Below, piece by piece: positions 40,557 to 49,504 of a DNA stretch of 64,000 bases; positions within the stretch are counted from its first letter, which is position 1; each line of letters opens with the position of its first letter. The notes beneath the pieces were generated by a model. It made no database searches. It worked only from the letters and a program-made list of their open reading frames with translations, and had not been told where the DNA came from. The position numbers and the translations under genes were made by a program. The stretch is from an uncultured Sphaerotilus sp. (lineage in GTDB: Bacteria; Pseudomonadota; Gammaproteobacteria; Burkholderiales; Burkholderiaceae_C), in assembly GCA_964470355.1 (NCBI GenBank), contig CAYYCN010000003.1:4140-68139 (forward strand), in the 5' to 3' direction.

Positions 40557-41579
40557 ATGAACCAAGCTCAACCGCGTCTTCCACAGGCGAGGCGGTCTGC
40601 CCGATCCAGCTCGGCGCTGCGCCTGGTCAATACCGCCGAGATCACCCGCAACCAGTGGCTGCAGATCCGCCGCAACGGCATCGGCAGCTCCGATGCGGCG
40701 TCAGCGGTCGGCCTCAACCCCTACAAGTCTCAGCTCGAACTCTGGCTGGAAAAGACAAGCCGAGACGACGCATTGCCCCAAGTCGATCCAAACGACATGG
40801 ACTCTCCGATGTACTGGGGCAACGTGCTGGAACCGATCGTCGCAGCCCAGTACAGCCACAAGACCGGACGGCAGGTGCGGCGCGTCAACGCCGTGCTGCA
40901 GCACCCGCAGCACCCCTGGATGTTGGCCAACCTCGACCGAGAGGTTATTGGCGATCCCGGCGTCCATATCCTGGAGTGCAAGACCGCAGGTCTGAACGGA
41001 GCTCGCCTCTGGAAAGAAGGCGTGCCCGAATACGTGCAACTGCAGGTGATGCACCAGCTCGCCGTCACCGGCAAGGAGGCGGCCGATGTGGCGGTGCTGA
41101 TCTGCGGGCAGGAGTTGCAGATCCATCGCATCGAGCGCGACGATGTGCTGATCCGCCAACTGGTCGCCCTGGAGCGTCAGTTTTGGGCTTCCGTCGAAAG
41201 CGACCAGGCTCCACCGGCGGACGGGTCCGACTCAGCCGCCATGGCCCTGCAATGTCTCTACCCAAGGGACAGCGGACAGGCCGTTGACTTGAGAGACGAG
41301 CTGGCGATGTCCGACAGCTTTGATGAGCTGACCCGGGTGCGGGAGCTGCTCGCCACCCAGGCCGTGCGTGAGGCTCAGCTCAAGCAGTGCATCCAGCAGC
41401 GTATGGGCGAAGCCAGCCGAGCTGTGTTTCGAGGCGGAGAGGTGAGCTGGAAACGCAGCAAGGACAGCACCGTGCTCGACGTTGACCGGCTCACGCAGGA
41501 GCAGCCTCAACTGCTGCAGGCCTATGCCACGGTCAAACCGGGCAGCCGGCGCTTTCTGGTGCAGGCGTCTGCAGGTTGA
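40557..41579 (+). CDS. YqaJ / lambda-exonuclease-family nuclease
   Basis: RRNGIGSSD, WGNVLEP, ANLDR, LECKT, YVQLQVMHQL. Confidence 0.9.
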   Translation: MNQAQPRLPQARRSARSSSALRLVNTAEITRNQWLQIRRNGIGSSDAASAVGLNPYKSQLELWLEKTSRDDALPQVDPNDMDSPMYWGNVLEPIVAAQYSHKTGRQVRRVNAVLQHPQHPWMLANLDREVIGDPGVHILECKTAGLNGARLWKEGVPEYVQLQVMHQLAVTGKEAADVAVLICGQELQIHRIERDDVLIRQLVALERQFWASVESDQAPPADGSDSAAMALQCLYPRDSGQAVDLRDELAMSDSFDELTRVRELLATQAVREAQLKQCIQQRMGEASRAVFRGGEVSWKRSKDSTVLDVDRLTQEQPQLLQAYATVKPGSRRFLVQASAG

Positions 41580-41693
41580 CCCCACTCCTCGACTTGCCAC
41601 CGAGTCGGCCCGCCCCTTCGGTCCAGGCACCACCTGCCAGGCCGCATTGGCATGGCCTCGATTTCCCCAACCTCTACAGAATGGAGCTTCCTC

Positions 41694-42608
41694 ATGCTCA
41701 AAGGACTGGCATTGACGCCCCCTGTTATCGGGCGCATCTCGATCGGCAAGGTCGTCGAGAAAAACGGCAAACGTTTGCCGGAAAAAGACGACGAGTTCAC
41801 CATCACCAGCCAGGTCCAGAACAAGGACGGCTGGGTGAATCACCCCGTCGACGAGATGCTGCGCAAGACCGCCAACGCAAAGCTGCGCAGCATCCCGGTG
41901 CGATTACTCTTCAACGACCCAGACTTGAACCTGAGAGCCCACTACAGTCTGTTTGATCGCAACACGGGTCGGCCGCTGTGCGTGGGCAATGGCGAGACCT
42001 GCAGGCGCCTGACGGCCTCCGGCATGCAGAACCTGCCTTGCACATCGCCCTCGATGTGCGAACTGGCAAAAGGCGGCCAATGCAAGCCATACGGTCGCCT
42101 CTACGTTCGAATTGGGGACGAGGATGCCTGTGGTGTCTTTGTGCTGCGCACCACCAGCTTCAACAGCATAAGGTCGCTGGCCACACGCCAGAGATACCTA
42201 CAAGCCCTATCGGGCGACCGACTCGCAAGCCTTCCGCTGGAGTTGCGTCTGCGCGGCAAGTCCACCACGCAGTCTTATAGAGCTCCAATTTACTACGTCG
42301 ATCTTGTGGTGCGTCAAGGCCTTGCATTGACAGAAGCCGTGACTGAGGCACGACGGGTGCAGTCTGAAACCCAAGCTAGCGGAATCGATCAGTCTGCACT
42401 GGATGAAGCAGCTCGTCTTGGTTATTCTCAAGGAGCTTTTGAAGAATCTGAAGAAGATGTGCTGGCGACGATAGATGAGTTTTATCCAGATCGGGTTGCC
42501 CTCACTGAGAACGAGACCACATCCGAACAACAACCACCCCCGAGAAAGCAATCCCTGGCCGAAAAAGTCAACAATAGATCCCGGCTGCTTGAGTCGACCA
42601 ACCCTTGA
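41694..42608 (+). CDS. phage Gp3-like (recombination-directionality-factor-like) protein
   Basis: PPVIGRISIG, LCVGNGETC...CKPYGRL, RTTSFNS; third gene of the DUF932-YqaJ module. Confidence 0.65.
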   Translation: MLKGLALTPPVIGRISIGKVVEKNGKRLPEKDDEFTITSQVQNKDGWVNHPVDEMLRKTANAKLRSIPVRLLFNDPDLNLRAHYSLFDRNTGRPLCVGNGETCRRLTASGMQNLPCTSPSMCELAKGGQCKPYGRLYVRIGDEDACGVFVLRTTSFNSIRSLATRQRYLQALSGDRLASLPLELRLRGKSTTQSYRAPIYYVDLVVRQGLALTEAVTEARRVQSETQASGIDQSALDEAARLGYSQGAFEESEEDVLATIDEFYPDRVALTENETTSEQQPPPRKQSLAEKVNNRSRLLESTNP

Positions 42609-42628
42609 GAATCAGGCCTATGCCGGAT

Positions 42629-42655
42629 GACCTACGCTACACCAGAGCGTAGGTC
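42629..42655 (+). terminator. hairpin after the Gp3-like gene
   Basis: GACCTACGCT-N7-AGCGTAGGTC, with a T-tract ~15 nt downstream. Confidence 0.45.
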
Positions 42656-42861
42656 TGTAGGAAAGAACTTCTTTTTTTCGTCAATCACGTTTGCCTGAGC
42701 AGAATGAACAAAACATACACCCAGTCAACACACGCATCCGAAAACATCATGTTTCATTTCACGCAGACATCCAGCGCGACTCGTCAATATAATTATTAAC
42801 AGCCATTGACCAATACACAATCACCAAACATCTGCACCAGACGAAAAACCGAGAAGGCGAA

Positions 42862-43527
42862 ATGACTACCAATTCCAATCCAGACTGCGCATCACCGCGA
42901 TCGCCAAGGGATCTGTTGGCAAATACATGCGAATCACTAGACCAACTAATTGAAAGTCGATACAAAGAAATACACAAAGGACTAGAATTCTCCACTGAAC
43001 ACCTTACTCCAAATTTCGTCACCACTTGCGAGAAGGAAATAAACCACCATTGGTACAGCACAGATACCCAACTAAAACTCAGACTTGATCTTGCATTAAT
43101 CTACACAGTACTAGCAGAGTTATGCATCGAACACGAATACCACGACTTGGCCATCCGACATATTGCAGAAGCGCGTCAGCATGTGGGATGGATCGAATGC
43201 CACAATCACATGAAATGGAAATCTGAAGAAGCAATTGAAGTAGCAAAAAAAGGCGGCATCAGCAGATCCAAATTGCGCACAAAACCGATGCAGGAGCGTG
43301 CACTTCAACTTCTAGAGACAGAAAAGCCCGCAAGTGGATGGATGAGTCAAAAAGTAGCAATACGCTACTTAAGTGATCACAAAGACATGATCAAGGGCTG
43401 TGAAGATGGACTATCTAAGCAGGAAAACCTTCCAAAGACAATTCGAGGCTGGCTGAGATCAGCCGATTTCAAAGAAAAATTCTTCAAACATATCAACGCT
43501 CAAAACCAGGCCAGCCCATCAAGTTGA
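42862..43527 (+). CDS. hypothetical protein, low GC
   Basis: 221-aa ORF in an AT-rich segment, GAAGG before ATG. Confidence 0.55.
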   Translation: MTTNSNPDCASPRSPRDLLANTCESLDQLIESRYKEIHKGLEFSTEHLTPNFVTTCEKEINHHWYSTDTQLKLRLDLALIYTVLAELCIEHEYHDLAIRHIAEARQHVGWIECHNHMKWKSEEAIEVAKKGGISRSKLRTKPMQERALQLLETEKPASGWMSQKVAIRYLSDHKDMIKGCEDGLSKQENLPKTIRGWLRSADFKEKFFKHINAQNQASPSS

Positions 43528-44649
43528 TACTGATTCTTGAGCAATTTTTGACTTCGCGCGAGGTCTTCCGGTTGGTTTCTTCCTGTCAATTTTTGGAAGC
43601 TCGCCCTTACCAAATACTCTCCCGGCGCAACGCTTACCCAGTCTCAGATAGTAGTCGACTTTAGTCATGTATATTGCTGAGCGCCTCAATCCTTCAATGA
43701 ATTCAGGATCATCGTAACGATGCATTCCAACTGCTTGAAAGCGATATGATTTTCTCTTTGCATTGCAGTTAAAGTACAAACCCTGATTTTCAGTAACCGT
43801 CTCCACCCAAAACTTGCCAATTGACTTTGCGATGATCATGTCACTCATGTGCATTGATCCATCCAAGAATATAAGGACATGGTAGTGGAAACCTTTTACA
43901 ACCCCAAACTCAAGCTTCCAGGCATAACCCACCAATCCGCAATATTGTCGTCGCACATGGTCGATCAATGCCTCCCTGTGCTCCTTGACTTTACGAATTG
44001 AGTCTTTGCCGAAGTCCTTCTTGCTATCAATGTGCTTGGCGTATCCCAAGTCAATTCTGACCACCAGGAGCCGACTGAAGCGGCTCCTCAGCTCGTTAGT
44101 GTAGTCATTCAAGCTCTTGAAATTCTTTTGGGCGGAACGTTGAGCATTTGTGACGGACTTCTTAAACGACTCTGCACGCAACTCTTCCAGAATACTCTCC
44201 ACGACAGAGTTCAGTTGATCAGAGATGCGCTTTGCAGAATCAGCATCAGGGTATCTTGCTTTTAACAACCGCGAATCATTTCCAGCCAGATGCGCATACT
44301 TAAAAAACACCTCGGTATATGGGCTAAATTTGTGGATTGGATAGAATTCCTGGATTTCAGCACCAGAGCAAACACACAAACTCAGAAACCTTTCCCCGAG
44401 TCCGGAAGTCACCACTCTGTACGCACCATCCTCATCGGACCGCACGGTGTACAGATCACCCTCAACGATCAACAACTTCGGCAGCAAAGCCGTAATTTGC
44501 CCCAATTCTTTATTAATATAAAACTCTTTTGTACGCTTTAGTCCAGTTCCACTTGTGTAAGCATGAAGTCCATATGAGCATTCACAAAATGCTTCTATGA
44601 TCTCAGCATCCATGACAGGCAATTTGTATTTTTTTGTACTCATACGCAT
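43519..44649 (-). CDS. YagK/YfjJ (inovirus Gp2-like) protein with HUH-like motifs
   Basis: LLVVRIDLGY, GYAWKLEFG, GFHYHVLIFLDG, YMTK. Confidence 0.8.
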   Translation of the reverse strand: MRMSTKKYKLPVMDAEIIEAFCECSYGLHAYTSGTGLKRTKEFYINKELGQITALLPKLLIVEGDLYTVRSDEDGAYRVVTSGLGERFLSLCVCSGAEIQEFYPIHKFSPYTEVFFKYAHLAGNDSRLLKARYPDADSAKRISDQLNSVVESILEELRAESFKKSVTNAQRSAQKNFKSLNDYTNELRSRFSRLLVVRIDLGYAKHIDSKKDFGKDSIRKVKEHREALIDHVRRQYCGLVGYAWKLEFGVVKGFHYHVLIFLDGSMHMSDMIIAKSIGKFWVETVTENQGLYFNCNAKRKSYRFQAVGMHRYDDPEFIEGLRRSAIYMTKVDYYLRLGKRCAGRVFGKGELPKIDRKKPTGRPRAKSKIAQESVST

Positions 44650-45009
44650 TACATCCTGCTTATTTACAATATGACGAATGGAGCAAACACTCCCACATTC
44701 TTGTTGAGCTGCGCATTGCCATCATTAGATGCACCTCAGTGGCAAACATATTCATACATGCATCTACCAGATATAATTACTCATAATTACACTGAGCACA
44801 TGAACATCGATCTCATTGGCATAGAAGCCAATGATGTATTCATTTATTCTTAATAACATAAGTCCCAGAAGTATGCACTTAAGAAATCCCAGGGGCTCTC
44901 GGACAATTAAACCCACTCAACCCAACAATCCCTGCGATTCCACACCTTCAACTGAGAGGAAGTTAGTGTCCGCTCGATCAGTAAAATATGAATTTCTTGA
45001 CTGGTCCAC

Positions 45010-45222
45010 TTAGCCATTTACAGTGCGCTGATGAACCCATTCCTCGATTGAGGACTCCAGCCAACCTACCGCCGACAAGCCGAGCTTGATGGGACGGGGA
45101 AAAGTCTTGTCATGACGCGGAGACGTCGGAGACAGTTTGTCGTAGACGGTGCTACGTGCAATGCCGAGGCGACTGCAAACCTGGTTCAGTCGCAGGATCT
45201 GGGTCCGAGATGGCTGTGTCAT
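45010..45222 (-). CDS. alpA: AlpA-family regulator / excisionase
   Basis: ILRLNQVCSRLGIARSTVYDK...FPRPIKLGLSAVGWLESSIEEW. Confidence 0.9.
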   Translation of the reverse strand: MTQPSRTQILRLNQVCSRLGIARSTVYDKLSPTSPRHDKTFPRPIKLGLSAVGWLESSIEEWVHQRTVNG

Positions 45223-46123
45223 GGTGCCGCTTTCGTTTGTTTTGTTGCGATGAGCAGACTGTAGAAGTCGATGCCTGATGCACAAATGCACCTGCATGCA
45301 ATCAATAAAAACTCTTAGCAAGTGGCGTGTGTCTTTTTGCCCGCCGCATACGGCATCACAGCTTTTCCGGCTGGGTGTTGCGTCAGCCAGAGTGGATGTC
45401 TTTGAGCTCGGGCCTGGCTGCCATCCGCCAGTGAGGAAGGGGTCCAAAGCTGAGCACGCAACGCAGCGAAAGCGCGTCCGGGAGACCGCTCGAATGTGCG
45501 ATCACCACAGCCAAGGGTGGGTGAGCACTGGCGTCAGCGTCTCACGGGGGAGTTGAGTACTCCGCCCTCTTGCGGGAACCAACTTGTAGCGCAAAAGGAA
45601 CCAACTTTCGGAGGCCAAGTTAGTTCTCTCTGCATCTTCATGCCGCACTCTTGTTTGAGCGCTGAGCTTGAGTCACCCCTTCGGCGACGTCAGATCCTGA
45701 CGGACCGCAAGCCCGCGTCGACAGGAGCTTTAAGAGTGCGGGCCTCAAAGGCATCCGGATCTTGCGATCAGGCCAAACGCGTGGCGTCACCCAACACTTG
45801 GCGGGCAGGACCCGCAGGAGAAGTGCGATCGAGCCAACCATCAGGGACGTGAAGACAGACGGAGTGGCTGGCGTCAATCTCGCACGTTGGAGCGCCGGGG
45901 CACTGCAGTCCAATGGCAGTGGCGCCTGCTGAGCCTCATTTTTCGATGTCTGAGCATCGGGGGGGGGGGGAGGAGCAGGCACACCGGGCGACTGACCAAA
46001 TGGCTCTCATGCCGACCTGATCACACCGCTCACGCGCTCAGGTCAGACAGCTCAACGAACGCCGCTGCATCCCAACATTCGTCCAGATGCAACCAATACA
46101 GTCCAACCAGAGCCGAAAATCAA

Positions 46124-46145
46124 TGTGGGATGAAATGTGGGATAA
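46124..46145 (+). repeat. island 1 arm-type repeat (right copy)
   Basis: TGTGGGATGAAATGTGGGATAA, matching 21574-21595. Confidence 0.75.
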
Positions 46146-46160
46146 AAACCAATAGGACAT

Positions 46161-46216
46161 AAAAAAGCCCAAGTGAATCAATCACTTGGGCTTTAAATTT
46201 GGCGGAGAGAGCGGGA
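46161..46216 (-). repeat. shared middle att site (proximal end of island 1, distal end of island 2)
   Basis: 32-bp hairpin identical to 21404-21435; TGGCGGAGAGAGCGGGA (46200-46216) identical to tRNA 59357-59373. Confidence 0.9.
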
Positions 46217-46278
46217 GCTTCCGCGAACGATGCCTCATCCCCTTTATATTCAAGCATATCAAGGCATTTGACCCCTCC

Positions 46279-46303
46279 ACATGGGTGCAAGACATGGGTG
46301 CAA
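46279..46303 (+). repeat. island 2 arm-type repeat (left copy)
   Basis: ACATGGGTGCAAGACATGGGTGCAA identical at 59270-59294; partial third copy ATGGGTG at 46314. Confidence 0.8.
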
Positions 46304-46343
46304 GTGGCGCACAATGGGTGCCCTCAGGACATAGCCACAGCCC

Positions 46344-47624
46344 ATGTCAGCCGACAACCTCCTCCTCCTCTTCAACACTTGGTACGCCACCCTTCGGGTT
46401 CCTGAGCGAGCACGGGAGAAGCTGGGCCGCTCCAGGTTCAAGCAGTCGCTGAAGACCGGCGACAAGCGCAAGGCTCAGGAGCTTGCCCGCCCCGTGGTGG
46501 CGATGTGGAAGGCTCAGATCCGGCAAGCCGAGGGCGAGCCTGATGCGGTCCAGACCGAGGCCCTGCGGTGGCGTGAAGCCCTGGCAATGGCCAAAGGTGA
46601 AGACCTGAGCACGATGGGCGATGTCCTGACATCCAGGGCTGAAGCCATCGAGGCCCGCAAGGGCACCGCAGCCGCTCAGGAGTTCGCCTCCGTGGCTCTG
46701 GGCACCGCTACCCCGTCCACTCTGCACCGGGCCTCCTGGGCCGCCTCCCGCGTCCACCTGGAGCAGAAGACCCAGGACCAAGCCTGCAAGGACGTGGACA
46801 TGCTCCTATCCGCGTTCTCTACCCTACAGGGCATGACTCCCCCAGCGGTCCGCGCCTGGGCCAAGGGACTGACCAACAAGGATGGGACCGCCCTCACCCC
46901 CTCATCCATCAAGCGCATGGTGTCCTTCTGGCGGAGCTACTGGAAGCACCTGATCCGCTTGGAGGAGGTCCCCGCAGGCTCCGACCCGTTCGCCCTGGTC
47001 GAGGTGCCCCAGGTGTCCCGAAAGGTGGCCGCCGCTTCTGGGTGGATTCCATTCCCCCAACAGGCGGTCCCCGGCCTGATCCGGGCCGCAATGGACCGGG
47101 ACGACCAAGAGCTTGCCGACCTCATCACTCTGGGAGCCTACACAGGGGCCCGGATTGAGGAGCTATGCGCCCTCAAGCTGGCTTCGGTGAACCTGGAGGG
47201 CAATATTCCGTCCTTCCGCATCGAGGATGCCAAGACCGAGGCAGGCGTCCGGGAGGTGCCTATCCATCCCGCCCTGGTCCCCCTGGTGCGCCGCCTGAAG
47301 GCCACGAGCGAGGGCAAGAATCCGGCTCCGTCCGAGTACCTCTTGGCAGGGCTCACCTTCAACAAGTACGGGGACAGGTCCAACGCCATCGGGAAGCGGT
47401 TCGGCAGGCTCAAGGGCAGTCTAGGGTTCGGCCGCAAGCATGTGTTCCACAGCCTACGCAAAACGCTGGTTACGGCCCTGGAGAACGCTGGGGTGTCCGA
47501 GAACCTCGCCGCTGACATCGTGGGCCATGAGAAACCACGGATCACCTACGGGCTGTACTCGGGTGGGGCCAGCCTGGAGGTGAAGGCCAAAGCCCTGGCG
47601 AAGGTGGGCTATCCGGGCCTGTGA
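46344..47624 (+). CDS. tyrosine integrase with DUF6538-like N-terminal domain
   Basis: WYATLRVP...QSLKTGD; YTGARIEE, AKT, FHSLRKT, VGH, LY. Confidence 0.92.
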   Translation: MSADNLLLLFNTWYATLRVPERAREKLGRSRFKQSLKTGDKRKAQELARPVVAMWKAQIRQAEGEPDAVQTEALRWREALAMAKGEDLSTMGDVLTSRAEAIEARKGTAAAQEFASVALGTATPSTLHRASWAASRVHLEQKTQDQACKDVDMLLSAFSTLQGMTPPAVRAWAKGLTNKDGTALTPSSIKRMVSFWRSYWKHLIRLEEVPAGSDPFALVEVPQVSRKVAAASGWIPFPQQAVPGLIRAAMDRDDQELADLITLGAYTGARIEELCALKLASVNLEGNIPSFRIEDAKTEAGVREVPIHPALVPLVRRLKATSEGKNPAPSEYLLAGLTFNKYGDRSNAIGKRFGRLKGSLGFGRKHVFHSLRKTLVTALENAGVSENLAADIVGHEKPRITYGLYSGGASLEVKAKALAKVGYPGL

Positions 47625-47975
47625 GGCTGAGGTTTCCCGACTACTTGTGCAAGAACGACATCGAATACCTCAAGTTAATTTGCAGAACGTAGTCGGGCAT
47701 ATAGAAGATGATAGATACACATAATAAAATTAATCGACATATAAGCCGCTGCACACACATTAATTCAAAGGAGCAGGTACGGGAGACATCTAGCATCCTT
47801 GCATGGACAGCCCGAACCCCCGCCCGCAGCTTGTGATTCAACAGGCCGACCATCTTCGGCACTTCAGCCGTGAAGGTCCGCTGGTGAAGCTGGCCGCGCT
47901 CCTGTTGATCCTACTGCCCGCAATCCTCACTGCGGCGGGACTGCTGGCCTTTGCAGTGCTGAAGATTGCAGGCTT

Positions 47976-48170
47976 CCTCTAGGTGGTCCCACCCTTCAGG
48001 TTCACCCTCAAGGGGGATTCACAGTGCCTGCAGGTAGCACCAGCATGGGGCCATGAGCCCCTCCTCACCGGGAAGCTGCCCAGGAGCCTCAAGGGGCCCG
48101 GAATGTCACGGCAAAATTTTGTGCGGGGGTATCGGATCAGATCCGAAGCGAAGTTCCCCCCGTACCCCCC
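47976..48170 (+). other. candidate T7-type terminal-repeat / packaging signal
   Basis: Five CCT-NN-AGG octamers, then AAAATTTT...GGGGGTA TCGGATCAGATCCGA AGCG AAGTTCCCCCCGTACCCCCC. Confidence 0.45.
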
Positions 48171-48214
48171 TCCACTTCCAACGAATCGGGCTTCCACAGC
48201 GTTCATTCCTGGTC

Positions 48215-48433
48215 AAAAGCTCTCGGACAGGCAAGGACGTAGGGTTGCCTACCTAGCTTCTGGAACGCTGGTTTTGCCTCAATTCCCACGAGAACAAACA
48301 GCTCAGGTATGCCCCCCTTCCGCCAGCGTGCTGACCTCCGTTGCCCCGAGGCATTCAGTGAGGGGGCCTGTGGCGTGACCCAGGCAGCGCACAGGGAAAA
48401 GCTCTCGGACAGGCGAGGACGTAGGGTTGCCTA
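48215..48433 (+). repeat. two copies of a hairpin motif with core AGGACGTAGGGTTGCCTA (third copy at 50386)
   Basis: AAAAGCTCTCGGACAGGC(A/G)AGGACGTAGGGTTGCCTA at 48215 and 48397. Confidence 0.8.
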
Positions 48434-48612
48434 GCCTTCCTGCCGTTCGTCGCTTCTTCCTGATTCCCTCCGAGTCGTGAGCACTCCCACGGCCCCCTAC
48501 GGAGCGGCCACCAGCAGCAGGGGCAGCACCAGCCGCAGCAGGACCGAAAGCGGCCAGCATCGCGGGGTCACTGTTGGTCCAAGGGGCCACGCCTGGGGGC
48601 ACTCAGGAATCA

Positions 48613-48727
48613 GGCTCAGAACTTGTAAGTTGTGGCACCACCCCAACAAGGGCCCTTTCATGGGTTCACAAGTTGCTTGACGGTGGATTGTGGACTGGTT
48701 CAGAATTGATTCATACCTTCTGACACC
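48613..48727 (+). promoter_or_regulatory. three-subsite res site and promoter of the serine recombinase
   Basis: GGCTCAGAACTT-GT-AAGTTGTGGCACC; GGTTCACAA..TTGTGGACT; GGTTCAGAA..TTCTGACACC; TTGACG-N18-CAGAAT. Confidence 0.6.
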
Positions 48728-48743
48728 AGTTGAGCAGATCACC

Positions 48744-49376
48744 ATGACCCAGCACATTGCGTACTTCCGAGTCTCCACAGCGGACCAGTCCGTCACCTCC
48801 CAGCGCCTGAAGCTCCTCAAGGACACAGGCCGGGAAGCCTTCGACCGGGAATATGCGGATGAGGGCGTGAGCGGGGCGACCCCAGCAGCACAGCGGCCCG
48901 AGTTCGCCAAGCTGGTGGACTTCATCCGTGAGGGAGATGTGCTCTTCGTGGCAGCAGTTGACCGCCTCGGGCGTGATGCGCTGGACGTACAGGCCACCGT
49001 CCGAGCCCTTCTTCTGAAAGGCGTGACCATCCAGGTTCTGGGACTGGGAACCATCTCCCGTGGTGTCGGGGAATTGATCATGGCAGTCCTGGCCCAGGTG
49101 GCGGATATGGAACGGATGAGGATTGCAGAACGCACCGCAGCAGGCCGGGATGCAGCCCGGGCCAGCCTCGCAGCAACCGGCAAGACCCACAAGGGCAAGG
49201 CGAGCTTGGGAAGGCCCCACGAGAAGAACCCCGAGGAGGTCAGGCAGTGGAGGAAGGAAAACAGCGCCAGCCTTTCCCAGACTGCTGCCCACTTTGGACT
49301 GAGCCTGTCCACCGTGAAACGGTATTGCCCGTCAGCATCTATCGACGCGCCTGAAGTGGCCTCCTCGAAGGTCTGA
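48744..49376 (+). CDS. small serine recombinase (resolvase/invertase family)
   Basis: AYFRVSTADQ, GVSG, DRLGRD, ERMRIAERTAAG, LGRP, C-terminal HTH. Confidence 0.93.
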   Translation: MTQHIAYFRVSTADQSVTSQRLKLLKDTGREAFDREYADEGVSGATPAAQRPEFAKLVDFIREGDVLFVAAVDRLGRDALDVQATVRALLLKGVTIQVLGLGTISRGVGELIMAVLAQVADMERMRIAERTAAGRDAARASLAATGKTHKGKASLGRPHEKNPEEVRQWRKENSASLSQTAAHFGLSLSTVKRYCPSASIDAPEVASSKV

Positions 49377-49504
49377 GCGCTCCCGAGCCCACCCCCTCAT
49401 CGCCGCCTGAGCGTCTGGTCATTGAGCATGCCTCCGCCACCTTCGTGGCCCAAGGCACCGTCACGGCCCACCTGCCAGCTCCTGTCACCATCCCCGGTGG
49501 CGAC

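Larger units (their letters stand above)
21404..46209. mobile_element. Island 1: P4/CP4-like integrative defence island at tRNA-Ser 3' end
   Basis: Direct repeat at both ends (32-bp hairpin plus TGGCGGAGAG); arm repeats at 21574 and 46124; integrase, AlpA and YagK/YfjJ; cargo less GC-rich than the flanks. Confidence 0.85.

Noticed and set aside
45959-45970. Run of 12 G as a phase-variation tract
   Set aside because: Not inside a credible gene or a recognisable promoter
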